From an uncultured archaeon (GTDB taxonomy: Archaea; Asgardarchaeota; Lokiarchaeia; Sigyniarchaeales; SOKP01), in contig CAZALK010000001.1 of the NCBI GenBank assembly GCA_964486045.1, forward strand, positions 64,001 through 128,000: DNA of 64,000 nt, written 5' to 3'. Shown in pieces: positions 28,730 to 38,176 of this stretch. The notes beneath the pieces were generated by a model. The model was not told the DNA's origin. It made no database searches and saw only the letters and a program-made list of their open reading frames with translations. Position 1 is the first letter of the stretch; each line of letters begins with the position of its first letter. The position numbers and the translations under genes were made by a program.

Positions 28730-30973
28730 ATGGAAGAATTATTAAATATTGCTAAAAATGCGTTTCCAGAAGTATCTGGTTCTGAAAAAGTAAAAGGTAT
28801 TCATGAAAATGTTGAAATTCTGTGGGATAAATGGGGCATCCCGCATATTTATGCAAACTCTGTCAATGACGCCTATTTTGCCCAAGGTTACATCCATGCT
28901 AGTCATAGGTTATGGCAATTGGAATTTTTTAAGAGAGTAACTTCAGGAGAATTATCAGAAATTGTTGGAGAAGCAACTTTAGATCGAGATAAACACTATA
29001 GAATAATTGGGTTACATCGAATTGCAGAAAAAAGTGCGAAAAATTTAAGAAAAGACCCTAATAACGAAACTTTGCAAGGACTGAATTCCTTTATTGAAGG
29101 AGTAAACGCTGGAATTAAAAAAGCCATGAAAAATTTACCTATCGAATTTGCTTTGCTTAATATTAAACCAAGAGAGTGGACTCTAGAAGATTCACTTAAA
29201 ATTATGAGTCTAATAGAATGGGGATTGGGAGGTTGGAGTTATACTTTAGAGTTACTACGTGAGCATCTGGTTATAAAATTAGGTGTTGAAATGGCAGATA
29301 AAGTAATTCCTCTCTATTCTGGGGCAAATATAGATATGTCTAAGGGCAGTAATGGATGGGTTGTTAGCCCCAACAAATCAGAATCAGGAGCAGTTTTATT
29401 TGCTAATGATCCACACTTACCACATACTCTACCATCAATCTGGATACTCATGCATCTAGTTTACCCTGATTTTAATGCAATTGGTTCCTCATTTCCTGGT
29501 ACATCAGGTATTATATTAGGGCACAATGAAAAAATAGCCTGGGGAGCAACTACGGTAACTTCAGATAACGTTGATCTTTTCAAACTCGAGATTAATCCAG
29601 GAAATAAAAATCAGTATAAGTATAATGACAGATGGGTTGATTTTGAGGTTGTTGATGAACCAATAAAAGTTCAAGGTTCTTCTAATCCGCTTGATTATAA
29701 AGTAAGATTTACGAAATTTGGACCAGTTATGGAGTATATCGAACTTGGAACTAAATTTCATAAAATTCAACTTCCCGGAAAATATGCTTTGCAGTGGACT
29801 AGCTATATTGCAAATTTAGAAGATACAATTGATGGTTTTAGAATGATCAATACAGCATCTAATTGGAATGAGTTTCGTAACGCAGTAAGTAAAATAACGA
29901 TTACACCTCAGAATTTTATATATGGTGATATAGACGGAAATATTGGTCATCAGCATGGTGGAAGACTTCCTCAGCGTAGATTTGGTGATGGAGCAATGGT
30001 AACCCCTGGAACTGATGAGAGATTTAATTGGAACGGTCTTGTTCCCTTTGAGAAAATGTTTTCTATATATAATCCAGATTACGGTTTTGTATATACTGCT
30101 AATTATAATGAGAATAAGGCACCAAACGGGATATTAATAGCTCAGGATAGGGCTAAACCTTACCGACAAATGAGAATTAAAAAATTACTTCAGGGAAAAG
30201 AAACTTTTTCTTTTGAGAATTTTAAAAGCTTTCAGTTAGATTTTTTTACCGAAGAAGCACAAGAGTTATTACCAATTATGCTAAAGCATGTGAAAGATAA
30301 ACTATTATCAAATCATCAAAAAGAAATTTTTACTTTATTAGAAAATTGGGATTATTATTTAACAAAAAATAGTGTTGCGGGTACAATCTATAAAATCTGG
30401 TTCCAAGAATCTTTAAAAATAATATTGGTTCCATTAATCGGGAAGGAACTCTTCTATCTCTATTTAACATCAAACCCATTTGAACTCAAAAGATTATTTA
30501 AGATCTATGAGGACAATGTAAAGGAACTTGAGGAAAAATTATTAATTGCATTAGAAAATACAATAAAATTCCTATCAGAGAAACTATCACTAGATATTAA
30601 TAAATGGAAATGGGGAAATCTTCATAAAATTGTTTTAACTCATCCTTTTTCTCAAGTTAATGAGGCTGCTAAAATGTTGAACATTGGTCCATTTAAAATT
30701 GGGGGGGATAGCAATACTCTTTGTAATGGTTCCTATGATCCAACAAATAACTATAATAACATTGTTGGACCCTCATACCGTCAAATTCATGATTTATCGG
30801 ATTGGGATAAGTCCATAGGAGTCATTCCAGGAGGGCAATCAGGTTTACCTTTCCATAAGCATTACAAAGATTTAATGAAATTATGGGTAAAAGGGAAATA
30901 TATTCCTTTATTATTTACTAAAGAAGCAATTTCTAAAAATCTCGAAGGAACCTTTAAGTTAATACCAAACTAA
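28730..30973 (+). CDS. Penicillin acylase family Ntn amidohydrolase
   Basis: WDKWGIPHIYA, HRLWQLE, catalytic G|SNGWVV, ANDPHL, PGGQSG..HY.D. Confidence 0.92.
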   Translation: MEELLNIAKNAFPEVSGSEKVKGIHENVEILWDKWGIPHIYANSVNDAYFAQGYIHASHRLWQLEFFKRVTSGELSEIVGEATLDRDKHYRIIGLHRIAEKSAKNLRKDPNNETLQGLNSFIEGVNAGIKKAMKNLPIEFALLNIKPREWTLEDSLKIMSLIEWGLGGWSYTLELLREHLVIKLGVEMADKVIPLYSGANIDMSKGSNGWVVSPNKSESGAVLFANDPHLPHTLPSIWILMHLVYPDFNAIGSSFPGTSGIILGHNEKIAWGATTVTSDNVDLFKLEINPGNKNQYKYNDRWVDFEVVDEPIKVQGSSNPLDYKVRFTKFGPVMEYIELGTKFHKIQLPGKYALQWTSYIANLEDTIDGFRMINTASNWNEFRNAVSKITITPQNFIYGDIDGNIGHQHGGRLPQRRFGDGAMVTPGTDERFNWNGLVPFEKMFSIYNPDYGFVYTANYNENKAPNGILIAQDRAKPYRQMRIKKLLQGKETFSFENFKSFQLDFFTEEAQELLPIMLKHVKDKLLSNHQKEIFTLLENWDYYLTKNSVAGTIYKIWFQESLKIILVPLIGKELFYLYLTSNPFELKRLFKIYEDNVKELEEKLLIALENTIKFLSEKLSLDINKWKWGNLHKIVLTHPFSQVNEAAKMLNIGPFKIGGDSNTLCNGSYDPTNNYNNIVGPSYRQIHDLSDWDKSIGVIPGGQSGLPFHKHYKDLMKLWVKGKYIPLLFTKEAISKNLEGTFKLIPN

Positions 30974-30983
30974 AATATTTTTT

Positions 30984-32320
30984 TTGATATTCATATTTAT
31001 AAATAGTAAAAACAAAACAATGAATAATATGAACGAAAATAAGCGATTTGAAACGCAAGTTATTAGTGATGAAATATTAGCCAAATTAAGTCTTCAAAAC
31101 CGATATAAATTTGTGAACGATAACTTAAGAACAATACTTTCTGAAAAACAATTTAGTTTCCTTAATCAAGTCCAAGATTTCTGTCTGAATTATGAAATTA
31201 AGAATAAAATAACGCATGGACCAGAAGAAGACATATATGATTGGGTACCAGACTTTGGAAAAGAAGGATATATTACACGTCAAACACCCTATGAATGCAT
31301 CGATTTAAATTATGAATATTATGGAATGGCTATTGAATTTATGAGAATTTTAGCTTTAGATAATTTCGATCCCCAATTTGCGATGAGTACAGGTGCAACA
31401 GTTATTTGTCTCAATCCTATTTATGCCCATCATGAAAATATTCCTGTGAGATTACAAGCCTTAAAAGAACTCGTCACAGGTCAAGAAGTAGGATGTTTAT
31501 TAATTACAGAACCCGAAAGAGGTTCTGATGCAGTACATCAATTAACCACTTGTGATGAGCAGGATGATGGTAGTTTTCTGCTAAATGGGGAGAAAATTTT
31601 TAATACAAATGCCCCAAAAGCGAAATGGGCTGTTTCCTATGCTACCGCAGAAAAAATCAGGGAAATTTAATGGCACAGTTTTTAATTAACACTTCCTGGG
31701 AAGGTTGGAACATAAAACGGGTCAACATTCCTTGGACACCGAAGTTATTTATAGGAAGAGAACGACTTGAGAACCTGCGAGTATCAAAAGAATATGTATT
31801 AGGAGGAATCGGAAAAGGGAGAGAACACCTTTTTGAAGGCTTAATTCCTGAGAGAATCGCTATAGCTGTGAGATGCGTCAGTGCGTGCTGGGGAGCTTTA
31901 GCTCATTCTGTAATATATGCAAACATGAGAAGACAATTCGATAAAGAAATTTTACTTTTTCAAGGAGTTGGATTTACCTTAGCAGACCTTTGGGCAAAAA
32001 CTGCTGCTATAACTCACGGAGTACTAAAATTCGCAGAAACCTATGATGAGAAGTTTAAAAAATACGGTGGAAATTTACCAGATCCAATAGCTCAATCAAT
32101 GGTTTCTTCAGCGAGTCAATACAAATATATTTGTGCTAAATTAGCAAAGGAAGTATGCTTTGAGTCAGCCCAAACCATGGGGGGGGCCGGAGTGTGCGAT
32201 AATACCTTAATGTATGATTATATTGGTGTTTCGAGGATTTTGGAAGTTGTTGGAGGCACGAAGGAAGTCCAAAAACTGATAATGTCAAGGGGTTTAAGGC
32301 GATTATTCAAAAACCTTTAA
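30984..32320 (+). pseudogene. Acyl-CoA dehydrogenase paralog split by a 1-nt frameshift
   Basis: ORFs 30984-31670 and 31625-32320 are the N- and C-halves of a paralog of 27301-28584; the A6 run at 31651-31656 corresponds to A7 in the intact paralog (ATAEKNNGNLMAQF). Confidence 0.85.
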
Positions 32321-32397
32321 AAATCTTATTTTTTATAAAAAGAAAAGTATAAGTAAGAAAATAAAGGATAAAAAATTTAATTTAGAAATTTGAGTAG

Positions 32398-32616
32398 TTA
32401 TTCTTCATCTTCGGCCATTAAACCTTCGATTTTAGTTTCAAATTCTTCTACTTTAGTAGAAAGGCCTTCAATTTTAGCGTAAGTTTCACATTTGTTGCAA
32501 GCTCCTTCCTCCTGACATTTCTCCTCGGTATCGCAATTTTCTTCTAAGGCTTCTATTTGATCCAATAACCCATCTTTCTGTTCTTCAAGTTCCGTTATGC
32601 TCATAATTCTCACCAA
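32398..32616 (-). CDS. Small acidic coiled-coil protein with a central 4-Cys motif
   Basis: Heptad-like helices flanking C-x5-C-x5-C-x2-C. Confidence 0.65.
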   Translation of the reverse strand: MVRIMSITELEEQKDGLLDQIEALEENCDTEEKCQEEGACNKCETYAKIEGLSTKVEEFETKIEGLMAEDEE

Positions 32617-32749
32617 ATTATTATGAATAAAATAGTATGTGATTCCTTATTTTTTTTTTTATTTTATTATGTAAATATCAAGAATTAACATATCAATAAA
32701 AATAATTATGAATATTACCAAAGCTACTATTAATCGATAAATAAAAAAT

Positions 32750-33403
32750 TTAACCGGCTGAAGTAGTTTGCACTTCTTCCTCTTTTCGAATCTTTTTAAT
32801 TCTTTTCTTTTTAGTGGCGTTTTTTATAAAATTAAGAGTTTCATTTGGTACATCCAATTCTTCAATCTCAAGATCATGTATCATAAAATCCAACCCAACT
32901 GTTAATTTATAATTTTCTTCAAATCTTTTTTTGGTAACAACGTTTATTAATGTGGATTTTCCGACAGCTGCAGCTCCTACGAGAAGAATTTTGAACCTAA
33001 AATGCTTCGAATCTACGACTTCACCTAATCTTGGCTGTAAATCTATTAAAGATGTTAAAGCTAATCTGTGAAATAATACTTCCACGTTTAAATTTTTTAA
33101 TGCTGATGTCTCTATATACTCAAATAGATTATATTGGTTTACCATTTGGATTATTTTTTCTCGTGGAATGGTTTCCCCAATATCTTTTTGTAAATCATCT
33201 TTATTTCCAACTAAAATAATAGGAATATTTCCAGAACGTTCCCGGATATCGTTGAAGTATTCGTTAATTGAATCAAATGTATTCGGGCGTGATAAATCAA
33301 AAACCAGAGCGACTGCTGCTACACCTTTGAAAAAATCAGTTTTAAAAAAACTAAACCTCCCTTGTCCTCCAGTATCCCATAAAGATAATGTAATGGTTAT
33401 CAA
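32750..33403 (-). CDS. Circularly permuted Rab-like small GTPase (G3-G4-G5-G1-G2)
   Basis: WDTGGQ (aa 9), GNKDD, ETSAL, then FKILLVGAAAVGKST and TVGLDF near the C-terminus. Confidence 0.88.
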   Translation of the reverse strand: MITITLSLWDTGGQGRFSFFKTDFFKGVAAVALVFDLSRPNTFDSINEYFNDIRERSGNIPIILVGNKDDLQKDIGETIPREKIIQMVNQYNLFEYIETSALKNLNVEVLFHRLALTSLIDLQPRLGEVVDSKHFRFKILLVGAAAVGKSTLINVVTKKRFEENYKLTVGLDFMIHDLEIEELDVPNETLNFIKNATKKKRIKKIRKEEEVQTTSAG

Positions 33404-33473
33404 ATTTAGTTCAAAGCCTCTTTAGTGTCTCTTGAATCCCAAACAATAATTTTTTCATCAAAGTCTTATGTTA

Positions 33474-35522
33474 TTATTTAATTGAGAGCAAATCCATTTT
33501 ATCGGCAATAGTTTTATTTAATTCTGTCATCTTTTTCTCTAATGTTTTAAGTTCTTTCTTAATTTCCTCATATCTACTCTCTTGGTTATTCAATTTTTTA
33601 ACGTATCTTTCTTTTAAGGAAACGGATTGGCTATCATCACCTAAAACAGAGATATTATCTCGTAACCTAGCTTGCTCATCAGTCATTAAATCTCGTTCTT
33701 CATTCAGCTTCTCTTGTTCATCTCTTAAATTGTTTAGGGTGTGAATTAATTCTGCGATTTCTTTTAATTGATTTTCAAGATCAGGATCTATAAATTTTTG
33801 TTTAACATAAAACCCAATTCTCTTGAAGAAATCGTCTTTGGAATAATTCCAAAGATAATTACTGGAATAATTTTCTTTTTGTTCTTTTAATTTAAAATTT
33901 ATTGCATCTTTTGGTTTTAAGGTTATCTTAAACCGCCAATAATTTGGGGTTTCTTCAGGATCCACAGGCTTTTCGACAATTTTATAGCCAGAAGATTTAG
34001 GATGATCTAAGTATAGCTCTTTCTCTTCTTCCGTTTTATTTCGAATTTTATAAGTCGTCATTGAATTTGTATAATAATATTCATAGGAATATCCACCACC
34101 AAATTTAACTCTATGAACATTCAGATTTTGAATTCGTTGCTCATGAATAACAATTACAGCCTGTTCAACAGCATAATTTAACAATCTCGTATCATCTTTA
34201 TTTAAAAATGGAATTATGGCTTCCCCGGCTAGATTATCATCATATATTATTGTAACGGGTCCACTCTCTAAAGTTAGGTTAGTGTTATTGGTTATTTCAA
34301 GGCAAGCATTTGGATTTTTATCATGATCGTTTTTATTATAAAGTAAAATCCTTTTTGCTTTAATCGACTCTGTAAGAATTGGAACCAGAGCCGATTTCTT
34401 TCTCTTAATGGTTACTGGATTTGTAATATTATACTCAAATAATTCTCCCAAATCTTTCGTTTGAGTTTTTGCTCCAGCCTTCAGTTTATCCATGATCACA
34501 CCATCAGATATATCCCCTCCGATTCCTCCAGTTGCAGCAGCTGGCGCACCAAGTGAGCGTTTGGCCATTCCTCTATTCCTTGAGCTCTCTGCTTTAGCCA
34601 TTCTTGGTGCGGGAGCAGGCATTGCGATATCGTAATCGTCAAATTCTTCCATAGCCAATCCTTCCTCAATTTCTGTTGGTCTGGCACTTAATACTTTCGG
34701 GGGTTGGATTACAGGACGCTGAATATATATTGGGAAATAAAAATTATATCGAAAACTGACAGGGAGACCACTTATTAAAGATAACTCAATATCTTCCCAG
34801 TCCTGATTTGTAGTGTTTTCTATGAGCCCCCAACCAGACAATAAACACTTCTGCTCCATAGCTTGTTTTTTGCTCATTATTAATCTATAGGAAGTCTTCC
34901 AGATTGGTGCCTCACGAATATATGAGACAAAAATATTTCTATCAATATCGTCCACTCCCCCAGATTCACAGTTTATCACTATCTTCTTAGAATCTTTTTT
35001 CTTTCCAGCAATTACAGTATCTAAAAAGAATTTTAAGTCTTTCTTGATCTCTTCATTTAATATCTCAAAAGATCTGACTTCTGAGAATGGGATCTTTACT
35101 ATAATATCATCATCCTGTAGGAGAACTAATATCTTCTGGATGATTTTATCGAATTTGCTTAATTTTTCAACAGTTTCAGTTCCTATTATCTTACCTGTAA
35201 CACTTTTGTTTCCACCAATTGTTAAACTTACGCTGGCACCTTTTATTTGGGTAACAAGTGAGGAGAAAGAATCTATATCAGGTATATTTAACATTATTGA
35301 TTTTAAGAGTTGTGAAGTCTCTAAAGCTGCGTCGTAAGAAATAGACGATATATATCCTTTTTCACTAGTATCTAAAACAAAAAGAGATTTTAAAACATCA
35401 TTCATCTCATCAATTTTGAACTCAAGCTCAAATGTGCTTGATCCTTTTAATGTACCCTCAAGGATATAATAGGAAACACCATGTTTAAAAATTATAACTT
35501 TTTTAACTTTGAGTTTCGACAT
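33474..35522 (-). CDS. DUF4139-like protein with C-terminal coiled coil
   Basis: VIIFKHGVSY, MNDVLKSL, PIWKTSYRL, ENTT..DW, GELFEY..PVTI..SALVP. Confidence 0.7.
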   Translation of the reverse strand: MSKLKVKKVIIFKHGVSYYILEGTLKGSSTFELEFKIDEMNDVLKSLFVLDTSEKGYISSISYDAALETSQLLKSIMLNIPDIDSFSSLVTQIKGASVSLTIGGNKSVTGKIIGTETVEKLSKFDKIIQKILVLLQDDDIIVKIPFSEVRSFEILNEEIKKDLKFFLDTVIAGKKKDSKKIVINCESGGVDDIDRNIFVSYIREAPIWKTSYRLIMSKKQAMEQKCLLSGWGLIENTTNQDWEDIELSLISGLPVSFRYNFYFPIYIQRPVIQPPKVLSARPTEIEEGLAMEEFDDYDIAMPAPAPRMAKAESSRNRGMAKRSLGAPAAATGGIGGDISDGVIMDKLKAGAKTQTKDLGELFEYNITNPVTIKRKKSALVPILTESIKAKRILLYNKNDHDKNPNACLEITNNTNLTLESGPVTIIYDDNLAGEAIIPFLNKDDTRLLNYAVEQAVIVIHEQRIQNLNVHRVKFGGGYSYEYYYTNSMTTYKIRNKTEEEKELYLDHPKSSGYKIVEKPVDPEETPNYWRFKITLKPKDAINFKLKEQKENYSSNYLWNYSKDDFFKRIGFYVKQKFIDPDLENQLKEIAELIHTLNNLRDEQEKLNEERDLMTDEQARLRDNISVLGDDSQSVSLKERYVKKLNNQESRYEEIKKELKTLEKKMTELNKTIADKMDLLSIK

Positions 35523-35602
35523 AGAATTATTATAATGTTAGAATAATTTAAATTTTAATACGTTAAGAAATAGATTTTTTAAAAACAACATAAACAATTT
35601 TG

Positions 35603-36064
35603 TTATAGCTTTTCTTCCAAGATTTCAAGCAAATCTTCTTCTAGAGTTGAAGATTTTTTTGGATTTTCTACGATAATACCCAGAAGATCACCACTTTCAT
35701 TGAAGAAGTAAAACGTTGGGAACCTTTTTAAATTAAACTTGGTTTTGACTGCTTCTGGAGGAGAATATAGAATTTTAAAATTCTCATCTTGATTTTTCAT
35801 CAACTTCATTATTTTTATCATTCTTGGTACATTTCTGGTACAATCTGGACACCCATTTTTCCCTAAAACAACAATCTTTAATGTTTTTTTTTTTTCGTTA
35901 AGAAGCTTGTTAATTTTTTCTAAAATATCTAATTTTGGTTCATAGGTTTTATAGTTTAAAGCGATTTTTTCTTTATATTCTTTTAAGTATTCTTCAGGGT
36001 TCATTGTTGGTGAAACAAGATCTCCCCATTTCAAATTTTTTAAATCAATTTTTATGTTTATCAT
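35603..36064 (-). CDS. Thioredoxin-family protein (paralog 1, internal deletion)
   Basis: GCPDC active site, cis-Pro FPTF; lacks the ~19-aa insert present in the paralogs. Confidence 0.8.
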   Translation of the reverse strand: MINIKIDLKNLKWGDLVSPTMNPEEYLKEYKEKIALNYKTYEPKLDILEKINKLLNEKKKTLKIVVLGKNGCPDCTRNVPRMIKIMKLMKNQDENFKILYSPPEAVKTKFNLKRFPTFYFFNESGDLLGIIVENPKKSSTLEEDLLEILEEKL

Positions 36065-36072
36065 AAAATCAT

Positions 36073-36576
36073 CTATAGCTTACGTTCCAAGATTTCAAGT
36101 AAATCTTCTTCCAGAGTTGAAGAATATTTAGGATTTTCAATGATAATACCCAGAAGATCACCACTTTTATTAAAAAAGTAAAACGTTGGAATTCTTTTTA
36201 AATCAAATTTAGGGTCGTTTGCTTCAGATGGTGACCATTCTTTATGCCAAATAGCTTCTCCGGGCATATGTGAAGCATTTGTCATAATACCAAATAGAAT
36301 TTTAAATTTTACCTCTTTATTTTTCATCAACTTTACTATTTTTATCATTCTTGGCATATTTCTTCTTGAGTCTGGACACCAGTTTGCTCCTAAAGCAACA
36401 ATTCTTAATATTTCTTTTTTTTCTTCCAGAACCTTGCTGATTTTTTCTAAAATGTCTAATTTTGGTTTGTATGTTTTATAGCTATCCCGGATTATATCCC
36501 CATATTCTTTTAAAAAGTCATCAGGGCTCATTGTGGGTGAAACAAGATCTTCCCATTTCAAATCATCTGTTGCCAT
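36073..36576 (-). CDS. Thioredoxin-family protein (paralog 2, monothiol CPDS)
   Basis: WCPDS, IPTF. Confidence 0.85.
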   Translation of the reverse strand: MATDDLKWEDLVSPTMSPDDFLKEYGDIIRDSYKTYKPKLDILEKISKVLEEKKEILRIVALGANWCPDSRRNMPRMIKIVKLMKNKEVKFKILFGIMTNASHMPGEAIWHKEWSPSEANDPKFDLKRIPTFYFFNKSGDLLGIIIENPKYSSTLEEDLLEILERKL

Positions 36577-37405
36577 ACGTTATAAGATATTCATTTAAGG
36601 TTAAAAAAATGATCATAATAGTTCATAAAATCATATTTGAAACCAATATAAAAATAGAAATAAAAAACAAAGAGAATAAATCAAAGAGGAATACTTAATT
36701 CCAATTATAACTAAGGAAATCTTATCTGATTTTAACATTCATAAAGTTTTGGGCGGTCAATTGCTTCATGTTGATATTTTTATGATAAGTTAAGCAAGGA
36801 TACTGCTTTCTTTCACCTGAGAATATTTTAATGATTATGACTGTTATAGCTTACCTTCTAAGATTCCAAGCAGGTCTTCTTCTAGTGTCGAAGAAAATTT
36901 AGGATTTTCAACAATTATGCCTATTAGATCATCATTTTCATTAAAAATGTAAAAAGTTGGGATTTTTTTTAAATCAAATATGGCTTTAACTGCTTCTGGA
37001 GGAGAACGTTTTTTATGCCAAATAACTTCTCCAGGACGATGCAGTGCATTTACGACAATACCATAGAGGATTTGAAGATTTACGTCTTTATTTTTCATCA
37101 ACTTAATTATTTTTATCATTCTTGGCACATTTCTTCCACAGTCAGGACACCATTTTGCCCCTAAAGCAACAATCTTTAATGATCCTTTTTTTTTGGTAAG
37201 AAGCTTGCTGATTTTTTCTAAAATGTCTAATTTTGGTTTGTATGTTTTATAGTTATCCCCGATTATATCCCCATATACTTTTAAATATTCATCAGGGCTC
37301 ATTGTGGGTGAAACAAGATCTTCCCATTTCAAATCATCTGTTACCATACGTTATAAGAATTCATCCAAGATTATAAAAATTATCATAATAGTTCATAAAA
37401 TCATA
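36577..37405. repeat. Duplicated upstream/promoter segments of the thioredoxin paralogs
   Basis: 36577-36635 and 37348-37405 are near-identical (acgttataaga..atcataatagttcataaaatcata). Confidence 0.85.
36844..37347 (-). CDS. Thioredoxin-family protein (paralog 3)
   Basis: WCPDC, IPTF. Confidence 0.87.
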   Translation of the reverse strand: MVTDDLKWEDLVSPTMSPDEYLKVYGDIIGDNYKTYKPKLDILEKISKLLTKKKGSLKIVALGAKWCPDCGRNVPRMIKIIKLMKNKDVNLQILYGIVVNALHRPGEVIWHKKRSPPEAVKAIFDLKKIPTFYIFNENDDLIGIIVENPKFSSTLEEDLLGILEGKL

Positions 37406-37452
37406 CTATAAACCATTTTTTTATATAGAACTCTTATCCAAGAAAAGAGATA

Positions 37453-38007
37453 TCATTTTTTTTGAGGAATCTTATTTTTTAAGATTAGTTTTGTTAATAA
37501 TTGATAAATTTTATGAACGTTCTCTCCAGTCTTAGAACTACACTCTATAAATCCGTCAGCACCTTTAGAATGTGCTACTTCCATTGCCTTTCTTGTTGAA
37601 ACTTCCTTAAGGTGAATTAGATCTGTTTTACCACCAACAAAAATAATAGGAATTTCGTAACTTATTTCTTTATTAATTATTTCATACCAATCATCAACGT
37701 GTGCTAAGGAGCCATAGTTGGTAATATCAAACATAAAAATCGCTCCATTAGCGCCTCGAATATAAGAAGGAAACAAAAATCTAAAGCGTTCTTCACCAGC
37801 AAAATCCCAAATCTGAAGTTTTACGTTGAAGTTATCTATAATTATAGCTTTAAGTAAGAACTCTACTCCAATCGACATTTGAATGTCTGCTTTAAAAAGA
37901 TTTGTTAAGAATCTATGAGTTAAAGTGGTCTTTCCAGTTTGAGAATCTCCGAATATGACAATTTTAAAAGTGTATATTTCACTTGACAACCCTAAAACCC
38001 AAATCAC
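37453..38007 (-). CDS. Rab-like small GTPase
   Basis: GDSQTGKT, SIGVEF, WDFAGEE, GKTD, ECSSKTG. Confidence 0.92.
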   Translation of the reverse strand: MIWVLGLSSEIYTFKIVIFGDSQTGKTTLTHRFLTNLFKADIQMSIGVEFLLKAIIIDNFNVKLQIWDFAGEERFRFLFPSYIRGANGAIFMFDITNYGSLAHVDDWYEIINKEISYEIPIIFVGGKTDLIHLKEVSTRKAMEVAHSKGADGFIECSSKTGENVHKIYQLLTKLILKNKIPQKK

Positions 38008-38176
38008 TAAGATTTTTTCTATGTTATTTACCTGATTAATAAGGCATCTGACATATATTAAATATAATATTGTTTTACGGCTTAAAAATTTAACATTAAA
38101 ATCAAAAGAATACTCTGTGCTAAAATTTAGATTCAGAATAAGTAGAACTTGTATTTTTTTTTATGCAAATAATTAA

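Noticed and set aside
31645-31700. Programmed -1 ribosomal frameshift in the ACAD gene
   Set aside because: No proper X XXY YYZ heptamer in frame and no obvious downstream stimulator; mutation or sequencing error is simpler.
33404-33473. Missing G1/G2 of the 32750-33403 GTPase hidden upstream by a frameshift
   Set aside because: Only 70 bp separate it from the upstream stop, there is an in-frame TAA at 33422-24, and I see no P-loop-like sequence there.
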